DNA of 64,000 bases. Origin: a virus. Below the pieces are notes generated by a model. It ran no database searches. It was given only the letters and a program-made list of their open reading frames with translations, and had not been told where the DNA came from. The stretch is from positions 1 through 64,000 of IMG/VR virus record IMGVR_UViG_3300036900_000025; one strand, given 5' to 3'. Within the stretch, counting starts at the first letter, position 1; each line of letters begins with the position of its first letter. The position numbers and the translations under genes were made by a program. Positions 16,764 to 27,089 of the stretch are shown here, in pieces.

Positions 16764-18128
16764 ATGGGCACCGAAGTCTGGTTTCGGAACCCGGACAACT
16801 ACGTCCGGGAGCTGGTGGAGTGTGCTCAGGGAAACATCTGCTTCGATCGAGGCTACCTCATCAAGCGGAACATCGACGTTCAGAAGTGGGCCGCACTGTA
16901 CTATGGTGCAGGCCTGAGCTACCGGCTCCTGACTGTCGGTTCGCAGGGTACCGCCGAGTACCGTCCCGGTTCTGACGATCCTGTGGCGGTCTACCCGACG
17001 TGGGCTTACGGCGAAGACTGGGCGATGCTGGAGGAGATTGTCTCCGAGCCGCTCGGTGAGAACAAGGAGGTTTGCTTTGACACCTCGATCCCAAAAGACG
17101 AGCGACCTGTATTCGGTCAAGAGCACCGAGTTGTCGTCGTCGAGCCCCCCAACTCGAGTTCGGGCCCAGGGCGTCAGTTCCTCCGCAATCTCAAGATCCT
17201 CCAAGAGGACTACCCGGACTGCATCGTCCATATCCACGGCCTCTACGGATACAGAGCAGCCTTCGGACTAGGTCTGGGTGCTGCCGACGTGGAGCCTCGT
17301 ACTGCTGCACAGAAGGGCAAGGTTCACCTTCCCAGCGGTGGCGAGGCGAAGTTCGAGAAGGTCCAGTCGCACGCTCAGTGGGTCACAGCGATGGGCTTCA
17401 CTCCTGGGGACTTGGCGGTCCCTCGGAACCGCTGCATCTACAACATCAAGGCAGCGATCTGGGCTGGAAAGCACTACACAGAGCTGATCAACGTGAAGGT
17501 GAGAGGCGGAAACGCTACTCCCGACATCGTTTCGTCCGAGGTTGCTCACCGGCCTGCCGAAACGGTACACGGCTTTAGCCTGCCGATCATCAAGCCGAAG
17601 GAAGGCGACAAGTTCGCCTGCGACACCTGCAGTTTGTCCGGTACTTGCAAGCACTACCGAGAAGGGGCGGTGTGTAGCTTGCCCGAGTCTGAGTCCCGAG
17701 AACTCGCAACACACTTCCAGACCCGTGACAGCGGCCTCATCATGGAGGGGCTCTCGGAGATCACGAGAATGCAAGCTCGTCGAACCGAGCGCGCCATTCA
17801 GATCGAAGAGATCGACGGCGATGTTGACGACAAGGTCACGAAGATGCTCAGCGTGCTGTTCGATCAGGGCAGCAAGCTGGCGAAGCTGATCGACCCGAGC
17901 CTTCGGGCACCGGGCGTACAGGTGAACGTGGGAGCAGGTGGGCAGGCATCTGTTCAGATTACACCACAGCAGGCAATCGCGGCGATCTATCGTGAGCTTG
18001 AGGCTCGCGGTGTTCCTCGCAACGAGATCACTCCCGACATGGTAAAGCAGCTGCTTGGGCAGATGACGCCACAGCAGTCTCACCGAACCATTCCGGGAGA
18101 GATAGAGCGTGGCGAGCAGACCGCATAG
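16764..18128 (+). CDS. pre-terminase protein: TGT-like N-terminal barrel plus Cys4 and helical domain (possible small terminase)
   Basis: IVHIHGLYG...ADV; CDTCSLSGTCKHY...C; position immediately before the large terminase. Confidence 0.55.
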   Translation: MGTEVWFRNPDNYVRELVECAQGNICFDRGYLIKRNIDVQKWAALYYGAGLSYRLLTVGSQGTAEYRPGSDDPVAVYPTWAYGEDWAMLEEIVSEPLGENKEVCFDTSIPKDERPVFGQEHRVVVVEPPNSSSGPGRQFLRNLKILQEDYPDCIVHIHGLYGYRAAFGLGLGAADVEPRTAAQKGKVHLPSGGEAKFEKVQSHAQWVTAMGFTPGDLAVPRNRCIYNIKAAIWAGKHYTELINVKVRGGNATPDIVSSEVAHRPAETVHGFSLPIIKPKEGDKFACDTCSLSGTCKHYREGAVCSLPESESRELATHFQTRDSGLIMEGLSEITRMQARRTERAIQIEEIDGDVDDKVTKMLSVLFDQGSKLAKLIDPSLRAPGVQVNVGAGGQASVQITPQQAIAAIYRELEARGVPRNEITPDMVKQLLGQMTPQQSHRTIPGEIERGEQTA

Positions 18129-18333
18129 TCGTCAGTGTCTAGGGTGCGGGGAGAAGAACCTTGACGAGTACCAGCTCTGGGTCCACGACAAAAGGCACTA
18201 TTACGAGATCCTCGAGGAGTTCGGAATCACAACGCCTCAATCCGTGCATCCGTCGAGATTCCGTGCCCCCCATCTGCGGCTCGTGCAAGGACCAGTTTCT
18301 GAGGAGAACGTTGACCGGCGAGATGGTTTGTGA
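18109..18333 (+). CDS. small C2H2-like Zn-finger protein
   Basis: CLGC...H...H; bridges the flanking genes with overlaps. Confidence 0.5.
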   Translation: MASRPHSRQCLGCGEKNLDEYQLWVHDKRHYYEILEEFGITTPQSVHPSRFRAPHLRLVQGPVSEENVDRRDGL

Positions 18334-20216
18334 CAGGTGCCACGGTGGCTGACCCTGACTACGACCGGATTGCAGCCGAGGTAAAGTGGCTCAACGACAA
18401 TCCGCACTTCGAACAGCGCCCGGCCACGATGCTGGAGTTCTTTGGTGCTGATTACCTCAACATCGAAGGCAAGGTTCGGCCTGGCTTGAGGGATGCGCTC
18501 ATCGACATCTTCGGTGACGAAGTGTCGGGCGACATCCTCAGCCGCGTGCGCTACGCGATGGTGACTGGCGCTATCGGCATCGGCAAGACGACGTTCGCTT
18601 CGATCGCACTGCCGTACATGGCTCACTGGGTTCTGTGTCTCAAGAATCCACAGGACTACTTCAACCTGATGGACGGCTCGCGCATCGCCTTCATGCAGAT
18701 GTCAACTTCCGAGAAGCAGGCCCTCGAAGTCGTGTTCGGTGACATCTTCGCTCGCATCAAGCACTCGCCCTGGTTCCTGCAGAACGCACCGTACGATGAC
18801 AAGTACTCGAAGCAGATCAGGTTCCCCAAGGACATCTGGATCATTCCTGGTGACTCGTCTGAGACGACCTTCGAAGGTTACAACATCTTGGGCGGCATCC
18901 TCGATGAGATGGATAGCCACAAGGTCACCAAGGACAAGGACTACGCCGACGTAGGCTTCGATACGATCAACTCTCGCATCGAGTCCCGGTTCGGCAACAA
19001 GGGCCTGATCATCCTCATCGGCCAGATGAAGAAGAACAGCGGCTTCGCGGCTCGTAAGTACAACGAGCTAAAGGGCGATCCCGAGGCAACAGTAATTCGC
19101 CAAGCTATCTGGGAGTCTCTGGGGTGGGATAAGTTCCTCAACGAGGACGGCGAGCGCGACAGCTTCTTCTACGACACCAAGCGCAAGGCAGTCATCACCA
19201 AAGAGCTTGCTGCGCTTGTCGATCACCCCGAACACCTGATCGAGGTACCTCGTGTCTACATCAAGAGTTTCCAGAACAACCCGGAGAAAGCGCTACGGGA
19301 CCTTGCTGGCATACCGCCAGCAGTCTCTGATCCGTTTATCTCCCTGGTGGACAGGATTGAGGAAGCCAGGGATCGGTGGAAGGCTCGCATGGCGGGTGTC
19401 GGTGGAGAGTCTCCAGTTGATGACCGGACAACTCGACCGAAGTTCCGACCCTGGTTCACCAACGTAGACAGATACGATCCTCGGAAGCGTGCTGCACACA
19501 TCGACATCGCCATCAGTGGCGACGGAGATGCGTGCGGCATAGCGATGGGCTATGTTGACTCGATCGTGGAGATCGACGAAGAGAAGAAGCCCTACATCGT
19601 CTTCGACTTCCTCATGAGAATCCACGCCATGCCAGGCACGGAGATCATGCTGTCGGAGGTTCGCCAGATCATCTACACGCTTCGTGACGACTTGCGTTTC
19701 CGTCTCAAGACGGTGACGCTGGATGGTTTCCAGTCCACTGACACGATGCAGCAACTCCGCAAGAAGAAGTTCACCGTCGATTACCTCTCGGTAGACAAGA
19801 ACACACTTCCTTACGAAGATCTGCGGGAAGCTATCTACGAGCGGCGAGTGGAGTTCCCTGAGTACGTCACTTATCTCAACGCCGGTGATGACCGTCGAGT
19901 CGAGATTGCTGTGAAGGAACTCATGGAGCTGTCTCACGACGGCAAGAAGGTAGACCACCCCGAAGGAGGCTCGAAAGACGTAGCCGACGCTATGGCCGGG
20001 GTCGTGTCTACGCTCATGGGTGACCGGCAATACCGTAAGGGTGTAACGTCCATCGGTAACCCGGCCAATCGCCAGGATAGCCTCCAGGAAGTAGGACTCG
20101 AAGGTCTGAGCGCAGCACTGCCAGCGGGACTTAAGGCTCCCGTTCCACCGATGAGTGGTGGCGGCTCGTTTGGCCTTTCGGTTCCTCCGAGACTGCAGCC
20201 TCGACGGGAATGGTGA
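18330..20216 (+). CDS. terL: terminase large subunit
   Basis: Walker A GAIGIGKT, Walker B GGILDE, nuclease motifs HIDIA...D and DHPEGGSKDVADA. Confidence 0.93.
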   Translation: MTGATVADPDYDRIAAEVKWLNDNPHFEQRPATMLEFFGADYLNIEGKVRPGLRDALIDIFGDEVSGDILSRVRYAMVTGAIGIGKTTFASIALPYMAHWVLCLKNPQDYFNLMDGSRIAFMQMSTSEKQALEVVFGDIFARIKHSPWFLQNAPYDDKYSKQIRFPKDIWIIPGDSSETTFEGYNILGGILDEMDSHKVTKDKDYADVGFDTINSRIESRFGNKGLIILIGQMKKNSGFAARKYNELKGDPEATVIRQAIWESLGWDKFLNEDGERDSFFYDTKRKAVITKELAALVDHPEHLIEVPRVYIKSFQNNPEKALRDLAGIPPAVSDPFISLVDRIEEARDRWKARMAGVGGESPVDDRTTRPKFRPWFTNVDRYDPRKRAAHIDIAISGDGDACGIAMGYVDSIVEIDEEKKPYIVFDFLMRIHAMPGTEIMLSEVRQIIYTLRDDLRFRLKTVTLDGFQSTDTMQQLRKKKFTVDYLSVDKNTLPYEDLREAIYERRVEFPEYVTYLNAGDDRRVEIAVKELMELSHDGKKVDHPEGGSKDVADAMAGVVSTLMGDRQYRKGVTSIGNPANRQDSLQEVGLEGLSAALPAGLKAPVPPMSGGGSFGLSVPPRLQPRREW

Positions 20217-20220
20217 CAAG

Positions 20221-21939
20221 TTGTCAAGTAGCTTGCTGGGACCGAATGGTCGGCCCATCAGCAGTGAGATGTTCAGGAACACCAAGGCCGATCCTCCCAA
20301 GACTGGCCCAGCGTTCGGTGCGTGGTCGGGACGAGACATCGTCTTCTCCACACTCCCTGGCGGCGGGGTCGTGCAGTTCGACCTCAGCAAGCTGACACTC
20401 GAAGACTTCCGGTCGATGCGTGACCACTACCAGGTCAACGCTTCACTGGCGGTGCTGTCGTTCTTGCAGCACCAAAGCGACTGGCACCTCGTTGGTGACG
20501 ACAAGAAGATCACGTCGTTCTGCGAGGACCAGCTCCGCGAGAACTGGACCAAGCTCAACCGCGGTTTGGCGACTGCAAACTGGGCTGGCTACTCGCCTAT
20601 GGCGCTGGAGTGGGACAACAATTACGACACCAGGTCGATTGACCTGTCCAAGGTCAAGGATCTCGTTCCCGAAGAGTGTCGAGTCAACTGGAAAGAGGTC
20701 GAAGGCTGGGCTCCCCCCGGTCGGTTGAAGCCGAAGTTCAAGATCTACGACGGCATCAAGCACCAGGCAACCCCCGGCTGGCCGATTCCGGTCGATAACA
20801 CCTTGTGGTACCCGCTCCTGATGGAGAACGGCGACTACTACGGTCGCAAGTTGCTCCGTCCAGCGTTCACGAGCTGGTTCTTCTCGATCCTGGTTCACCT
20901 GTTCGCAAACAGGTACTACGAGCGCTTCGGTGAGCCGACTCCCATCGGTCGTGCGCCTTTCGATGAAGAGATCGACATCGACGGTACGCCGGTTCGCGGT
21001 AATACCTTCATGCTGAACCTGCTTCAGCAGCTCCGCAACCGCTCCGTTGTCGTGCTGCCGAACGACCGCACGCAGGACGAGAACGGCAAGCCGTCGTTCG
21101 ACTACAACATGGAGTACCTCGAGTCGCAGATGCGCGGCGCGGACTTCGAACGGTACATGACGCGGCTGGATGAAGAGATCTCGATCGGTCTGTTCACGCC
21201 GATCCTGCTCCTCCGTACAGCTGATGTTGGCAGCTACAACCTCGGCGTCGGCCACCTGCAGGTCTACCAGTGGATGCTGAACGCGATGAACGACGACCGC
21301 GCTCAGTACATCAACCAGTACCTGCTGCGCAAGATGACTGACTTCAACTTCAGCCCCAAGGCGCCTTCGCCGAAGATCGTCTTTCGCAAGATGGGCAACA
21401 CGAACGCGGACATGATCTCTGCGCTCATCCAGGCGCTACTGAAGTCCAACAAGATCAAGCTCGATCTTGACGAGCTCGGCCAGATGTCTGGCATGACGCT
21501 CAAGGAGGTCAGACAGACCACAGCACCAGACGCCACACCAGGGACCGGCCCGGACACCGGAGGCGGCGATGGAGCAGGTTCTGGCGGGGGAGACGGCAAC
21601 GGACCGGCCTCGGGGGCCGGTGGTAGCAACATCCTTTCGTCCATGACGGCTGCGACCCTACGGGAGATAAAGACCCGCGTGCGTCCGCAGATCGTGAACG
21701 CCTTTGACGGCAAGAACACCGGCAAGATCAACATGGGATACCGCAATCGCATGGAAAAGGCGATGGCAGCCGACGGTGTCTCGAGCGCTCGTGAGAACAC
21801 GGCGGCGCTCTATGACAAGATGGACCGCTGGCTGGAAGATGTCATGCCCATCGCAGACGAGTTCTCCTCATCCGACGAACTGTTCAACCTCTTCGACAAG
21901 GCTCTCGACACCACGGCAGCCTCGCTTGCCACGGCGTAA
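20221..21939 (+). CDS. portal protein (Mu gp29-like)
   Basis: Position after the terminase; YGRKLLRPAF, YERFGEP, GSYNLG motifs. Confidence 0.88.
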   Translation: MSSSLLGPNGRPISSEMFRNTKADPPKTGPAFGAWSGRDIVFSTLPGGGVVQFDLSKLTLEDFRSMRDHYQVNASLAVLSFLQHQSDWHLVGDDKKITSFCEDQLRENWTKLNRGLATANWAGYSPMALEWDNNYDTRSIDLSKVKDLVPEECRVNWKEVEGWAPPGRLKPKFKIYDGIKHQATPGWPIPVDNTLWYPLLMENGDYYGRKLLRPAFTSWFFSILVHLFANRYYERFGEPTPIGRAPFDEEIDIDGTPVRGNTFMLNLLQQLRNRSVVVLPNDRTQDENGKPSFDYNMEYLESQMRGADFERYMTRLDEEISIGLFTPILLLRTADVGSYNLGVGHLQVYQWMLNAMNDDRAQYINQYLLRKMTDFNFSPKAPSPKIVFRKMGNTNADMISALIQALLKSNKIKLDLDELGQMSGMTLKEVRQTTAPDATPGTGPDTGGGDGAGSGGGDGNGPASGAGGSNILSSMTAATLREIKTRVRPQIVNAFDGKNTGKINMGYRNRMEKAMAADGVSSARENTAALYDKMDRWLEDVMPIADEFSSSDELFNLFDKALDTTAASLATA

Positions 21940-22198
21940 GTCTTCACACGATCTTCGGTGCTTCTGTCGCACCGAGCCTCTTCTCGCGGTCTACGGGCTT
22001 GACGAGAAGAGTGAGATCTACATTCACGTCCGTATCTACAAGCAGACGCGAGTGTTCGGCGAGTTGATCTTCAAGGGCGGCACCGTGAAGATGCGGTGTC
22101 GCGAGTGCCTTCGCTGGCACACTGTTGTAATCAGGTCAAACAACACGGCGGTACTGGTGGAGGACCCTGATCCACCTTCCCTTGCCGTCGGAACGTGA
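21926..22198 (+). CDS. Com-like Zn-ribbon protein
   Basis: LRCFC...LL and MRCREC motifs, between portal and protease. Confidence 0.6.
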   Translation: MPRRKSSHDLRCFCRTEPLLAVYGLDEKSEIYIHVRIYKQTRVFGELIFKGGTVKMRCRECLRWHTVVIRSNNTAVLVEDPDPPSLAVGT

Positions 22199-22250
22199 AC
22201 CCGTCCATGCTTGCGCCGTTGCGCGCCCGACCCGTAAGGTACCGGACAAC

Positions 22251-23696
22251 ATGAGCCGACGAAGCACTGCCGCTGGGGTCGTTCCCCTCGATCAGATCAC
22301 AGCCCGAGGGCTGACTGCTCGGGGCCGGGAACACCTCACCATGCGTACCGACTCGACCAAGTCGTGGTTCAAGTTCGAGAACAAAAAGGGCTCGGACAAG
22401 ACCGACATCTACATCTACGACGAGATCGGGTTCTGGGGCGTGACTGCCCAGGACTTCGTCGATCAGCTCCGCGAGGTGGACAGCAAGAAGATCACGGTCC
22501 ACGTCAACTCGCCTGGTGGTGCGATCTTCGACGGCATCGCCATTTACAACGCGCTCAAGCAGCACCCGGCTGAGGTCACGGTCACCGTGGATGCGCTCGC
22601 CGCCTCAGCTGCCAGCTTCATCGCCCAGGCCGGAGACGTCGTCCAGATGTCCCGCAACGCGACCATGATGATCCACGACGGAATGGGCATCTGCCTGGGC
22701 AACGCTGCGGACATGCGTGAGACTGCGGTTCTCCTCGACCGCATGTCGAACAACATCGCAGACATCTACGCGCAGCGTGCGGGTGGAGACGTCGGTACCT
22801 GGCGAGCCTTCATGCAGGCCGAGACGTGGTACACCGGCCAGGAAGCGGTCGATGCAGGCTTGGCCGACGAGGTTGTCGGAGAGACTCCTGCCGATGCCGA
22901 GGAAGCGAAGAACAACTGGGACCTGTCGTTCTTCAACTACGCAGGTCGAGACAAGGCACCATCCCCCGAGCACGTCAGGCAGACGATCCTCAAGAACACG
23001 GCCAAGGAGGCCCCCGTGAGTGGTACCACCAAGAACCAGGGCGGCGAAGGCGCGTCGGGCACTCCGGCAACGCCCGCCGCTACTCCTCCGAACCAGCCCG
23101 GTTCGGGCACTCCGGAGGACCCAGGCACAGGCTCGCCTGACACCGACCCGGACGCCAAGACCACCGAAGGCAGCAAGGGCGAGCCCGCCGACGCCAGCAC
23201 CAACCCGCCTGCCGGTACGCCCGGTGGTGCTACCAGTCCGACGCCGACCGCGCAGTTCGCGGGCGTCCTGGTGAACGGCACCCTGGTTCAGGACCCCACA
23301 GCGGTCCAGAACCACGTCAACTCCCTCGAGAACTTCCGCAAGGAGACGCTCGAGGCGGGTCGCAAGAGCTTCGTCAAGAACCTCTGCGACGACAAGAAGA
23401 TCGCGGCTACCCAGGTCGAGGCGACCGAGACGTTCGCCCTCGGCCTGACGGACGTGCAGTACACGCAGTGGGTCGCCTCGTGGCAGGACGCCCCGCCCGT
23501 GCCTGTGTTCGGTCAGCACGCGGCCGGAAGCACGAACCACGACGGGACGACGGAGGCCGACCCGGCAGCCGTCGAACTCCAGAACGCCAAGGACATTGTT
23601 CGCCAGCACCGTCTGGCCAACATGTCCCAGGAGAACCTGGAGAAGACTGCCTCCTGGGCGGTCCTCGTCAAGCACAACGCAACCGACTCCGTCTAG
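22251..23696 (+). CDS. clpP: ClpP-type capsid maturation protease fused to a scaffold-like domain
   Basis: IYIYDEIG, NSPGG, ALAASAAS, MMIHD, ETWYTGQEAVDAGLAD; long Pro/Gly linker; alternative start at 22341. Confidence 0.92.
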   Translation: MSRRSTAAGVVPLDQITARGLTARGREHLTMRTDSTKSWFKFENKKGSDKTDIYIYDEIGFWGVTAQDFVDQLREVDSKKITVHVNSPGGAIFDGIAIYNALKQHPAEVTVTVDALAASAASFIAQAGDVVQMSRNATMMIHDGMGICLGNAADMRETAVLLDRMSNNIADIYAQRAGGDVGTWRAFMQAETWYTGQEAVDAGLADEVVGETPADAEEAKNNWDLSFFNYAGRDKAPSPEHVRQTILKNTAKEAPVSGTTKNQGGEGASGTPATPAATPPNQPGSGTPEDPGTGSPDTDPDAKTTEGSKGEPADASTNPPAGTPGGATSPTPTAQFAGVLVNGTLVQDPTAVQNHVNSLENFRKETLEAGRKSFVKNLCDDKKIAATQVEATETFALGLTDVQYTQWVASWQDAPPVPVFGQHAAGSTNHDGTTEADPAAVELQNAKDIVRQHRLANMSQENLEKTASWAVLVKHNATDSV

Positions 23697-23714
23697 GCAA
23701 GGGGACACTCAGAA

Positions 23715-24167
23715 ATGAGCACCTTCGTCAAGGGCGGCAGCGTCGGTACGCCCTTCGGTCGCAACGAGTTCCTGCGGAGTACGCAGGATGTCAAGACCGA
23801 GAGCTACACAGTCGCTGCCTCCACCGTGCCCGCGAGGACGATCGACGGCAACGCCGGTCAGAAGATCCTCAAGCCTGGCACCGTCATGGCAAAGATCACG
23901 TCCGGAGGCGACGCCGGCAAGATCGGCCCGTTCCAGGCGCTTGCCACCGATGGTCGCCAGACCCTCACCAACATCGTCGGCCTGGAGGTCACCTTCCTCC
24001 CCTGGCAGCTCATCGAGCGTGACGTGGAAGTCTCCGTCGCGTACGAGTGCACTGCCGTGCAGGGCTGGTGCATCGAGCTTGACTCCGCAGGAGCCGAGCT
24101 GGTCCTGACCAACACGACAGCAGATGCGATGCGGTCTTCCAAGACCCTCGACATCATGTTCCACTGA
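23715..24167 (+). CDS. head decoration protein
   Basis: PGTVMAKIT...GKIGPF...DGRQ; position before the capsid gene. Confidence 0.75.
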   Translation: MSTFVKGGSVGTPFGRNEFLRSTQDVKTESYTVAASTVPARTIDGNAGQKILKPGTVMAKITSGGDAGKIGPFQALATDGRQTLTNIVGLEVTFLPWQLIERDVEVSVAYECTAVQGWCIELDSAGAELVLTNTTADAMRSSKTLDIMFH

Positions 24168-24182
24168 GAAAGGGCGAGACAC

Positions 24183-25319
24183 ATGGCAACCGCACTCGAC
24201 CGTCTCGTCCGCAAGGAGGTTTCTCTCGGTTCCATCCGTGAGAAGCAGCCTCCGATGGATCACATCGGTCTGTCCATCGCGCCGTTCCTCGACGTGGCGA
24301 CCGACGACGTGATCTTCGACTACATCAAGGGTGGCGTCCAGGACGGCCTGGCTCCGGCTCGCGCCGAGGACGCCGAGGCCGAGCTGGCCCAGAAGGACGA
24401 GCTGACCTACGGCTCGGGCCGCGCCGCGGTGATCGACTGGTCCCTCAAGGACAAGTACACCGCCTCCGACGTGACCCGCTACCGCGAGTTCCTCATCCTC
24501 CAGCAGAAGGTCGGCGGCGTCCTCGAGGGCCTCCAGCTCAACTTCGTCGGTCGTACGCAGGCCGACTTCGAGCGCCGGATCGCCCGTCACGACGCACTGC
24601 GCCGTCGGAAGCTCGACAACCGCATCGAGTGGCTGATCATGCAGTCGATCGAGACGGGTGGCATCACCTACAACGACGGCAAGATCAAGTTCACCGTCAG
24701 CTACGGGCGTCCCGCCGGTCAGCAAAACCAGGCGCCGGCCTCGGGTCTGTACAACTCGACGACTCACGACCCCATCGGCGACATCAACGCGATGAACGAC
24801 ATGATGTTCGCCACTTACGGGGTAAGGCTCAAGCGAGCGATCACCTCGCTGCGGGTCTTCAACTCCCTGTGGAAGTCGGCGAAGTTCACCGCGCTGACCG
24901 GTCTGGTCGTCGGCGGCACGCCGTCGAGTCCGATCGACATGCGGTACCTGATGCCGAACTTCGACGCGGCCCGCGCCGTCGAGATGATCTCGGCAGCGAC
25001 CGGCGTGAACTTCCAGGTCTACGACAGCGTGTACCGGACTCGTCCGGTCGGCTCGACGGTCTGGACGAACAACCGGTTCCTGTCGGACAACAAGATCTTC
25101 TTCCTGCCCACCGAGGGTGATCTGGGGGAGATCGACGACACCGAGATCGGGTTCGCCAAGACGCTCTCCGCGCCTCACCCCGAGGGCAACTGGGAGAGCG
25201 GCTTCTACGAGTGGGAGGACGAGAAGCGCGACCCGTGGGTTCACGTCCGCGGTTCGGGCGTCAAGGCCTTCCCGGTGTTCCCCTACATGGAGTACACCTA
25301 CACCATGACGGTGCTCTAA
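24183..25319 (+). CDS. major capsid protein (lambda gpE-like)
   Basis: 378 aa, strong codon bias, RIEWLIMQ...G, HDPIGDI, DP...AFP C-terminal pattern. Confidence 0.92.
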   Translation: MATALDRLVRKEVSLGSIREKQPPMDHIGLSIAPFLDVATDDVIFDYIKGGVQDGLAPARAEDAEAELAQKDELTYGSGRAAVIDWSLKDKYTASDVTRYREFLILQQKVGGVLEGLQLNFVGRTQADFERRIARHDALRRRKLDNRIEWLIMQSIETGGITYNDGKIKFTVSYGRPAGQQNQAPASGLYNSTTHDPIGDINAMNDMMFATYGVRLKRAITSLRVFNSLWKSAKFTALTGLVVGGTPSSPIDMRYLMPNFDAARAVEMISAATGVNFQVYDSVYRTRPVGSTVWTNNRFLSDNKIFFLPTEGDLGEIDDTEIGFAKTLSAPHPEGNWESGFYEWEDEKRDPWVHVRGSGVKAFPVFPYMEYTYTMTVL

Positions 25320-25362
25320 GCCGTCTCCAGGCACACCCAAGCGAGACAGGAGAAATCAGCTC

Positions 25363-25989
25363 ATGGCTGAGGAGAACAAGGACAGCCTGACTCCGGGTGT
25401 CCACTTCGGCGAGGCGGATGAGGTCGATGACAACCGACCCACCTCGCAGAGGGACCTGGAGCAGCGTCTCGAGAAGGACTTCAAGTCGGACCTCTCCACG
25501 CCCGATGGGCCGGTCGAGTCCGAGGACGCAGTCCGCGATCCCGAGCAGGTCTACGCGCCGTACGCGGTCGAGGGGAACGACACCTCGGCGTACGTCGGCG
25601 TGTCGCCGGAGTACATGACGTACTCGGACGACACGCAGAAGCCGCTCAACGCCGAGGAAGGACCCGAGGCCGATGCCGAGGAGCTGGCCCGTAAGGGCAG
25701 CGCCGTCGGCAGCAACGGTCCCGTCGAGTCCAACCCGACGCTGGGCGGCGGCTCCAATGCCGAGCTGGTCTACTCCGCGACGAGCGGCGAGGACTGGACG
25801 GCGGAGACGGTGGACCGCAAGAAGGTCTACGACGAGCAGGCGAAGCTGGTCGAGCAGTCGGACGAGGTCGGCGGCTCCACCGCCAACAAGGCCTCCACCC
25901 CGAAGACCGGTGGCGACCAGCTCGTCGAGGCCAAGGACACGCCTGCCGCCAAGAAGACGGCGGCGTCGTCCAGCTCCGACAAGTCCTAG
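25363..25989 (+). CDS. acidic low-complexity protein
   Basis: AGGAG SD; strong codon bias. Confidence 0.8.
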   Translation: MAEENKDSLTPGVHFGEADEVDDNRPTSQRDLEQRLEKDFKSDLSTPDGPVESEDAVRDPEQVYAPYAVEGNDTSAYVGVSPEYMTYSDDTQKPLNAEEGPEADAEELARKGSAVGSNGPVESNPTLGGGSNAELVYSATSGEDWTAETVDRKKVYDEQAKLVEQSDEVGGSTANKASTPKTGGDQLVEAKDTPAAKKTAASSSSDKS

Positions 25990-26019
25990 CACCACGAAGC
26001 TTCAGCGAGAAGGCGAACG

Positions 26020-26547
26020 GTGGCGTACTCAGATCCAGTAGACATGAAGATCCCCGACGTGGGGCCTGCTTCAGCGACGCTGGATCCTGCCAAGTACACC
26101 TCTGACGCGGCAGACGAGATCGACAGCATCATCGGCTACAGGTACACCACGCCGATTGACGTTACCGAGGGCGGCTCCACGCCTCGTCCCGTTCGCCTTC
26201 TCCTGAAGCGGCTCAATGCCTTCCTGGCCACGGGACGCTTCATTCAGGCGCTCACGGCCCTGCAGGAAGATCAGCAGCTCAACGCTTACGGCAACGCGAT
26301 GGTCGAGGAAGTTCTCGCCTCCCTGTATGCGATTGCCGACGGAACCGTCATTCTTCCTGGGCTCACCCTCACTGACGGCGAGGTGACCCCAGGCCTCGGT
26401 GAAGCCGCTCCAGTTGCGCGAGTAACCGTTCCCCTGATCAACAACCTGGACGCCGAAAGCAACGTCGAGGCGTTCTACGACAGAATCGCCAACCCGTACT
26501 ATGTCTACTACCCCCTCGACGCCTCGGGGACTGGACTCGTACGCTAA
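26020..26547 (+). CDS. head-tail adaptor (Mu gp36-like)
   Basis: MAYS...AADEIDSIIGYRYTTP. Confidence 0.75.
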   Translation: MAYSDPVDMKIPDVGPASATLDPAKYTSDAADEIDSIIGYRYTTPIDVTEGGSTPRPVRLLLKRLNAFLATGRFIQALTALQEDQQLNAYGNAMVEEVLASLYAIADGTVILPGLTLTDGEVTPGLGEAAPVARVTVPLINNLDAESNVEAFYDRIANPYYVYYPLDASGTGLVR

Positions 26548-27089
26548 TGGCAGAATCGCCTGTCGGCTGGATTGACATTGAGATTGTCGGCAACGACTCC
26601 GGCGTAAGGGCCATGCTGGAGCGTCTCGACACAGCCATGAACCCCCTGTCCGTGGCCGCGATGCTCACTGGTCAGGTTGGACCCTACCTTCAGGAGCGTG
26701 CTCGTCGGCGCTATGAAGGTGAGGGTGACGACGTTGTGGGTCGCTGGAGTCCTCTTGCTCCCGCGACGCAGGAGATCCGTGCCAACAACGCGCAGTGGGG
26801 AGTTGGCCCAGCTTCTCCCATCAACGTACGAACAGGGCAGATGCGTGAGTACATCACTCAGAGTTCGTTTGAAGATGTGGTTCCACACAGTCTTGGTGCA
26901 ACTCTCTACTACCCCTCCCGCAAGTCGGAAGGGCGAGGTGGAAAAGCACTGACCGAGAAGATGAAGACTGCCCAGCAGGGTCGTGCGAACCCACGCACCC
27001 CTGCTCGTCCGGTACTCGGGATGAACGAGACGGACATGCAGACTGTTCTTGTGATGATCGGTCGGCATATCCAGGGTGATGCTCGATGA
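26547..27089 (+). CDS. virion morphogenesis protein (Mu gpG-like)
   Basis: RWSPLAPAT, TGQMR, PARPVLG. Confidence 0.8.
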   Translation: MAESPVGWIDIEIVGNDSGVRAMLERLDTAMNPLSVAAMLTGQVGPYLQERARRRYEGEGDDVVGRWSPLAPATQEIRANNAQWGVGPASPINVRTGQMREYITQSSFEDVVPHSLGATLYYPSRKSEGRGGKALTEKMKTAQQGRANPRTPARPVLGMNETDMQTVLVMIGRHIQGDAR

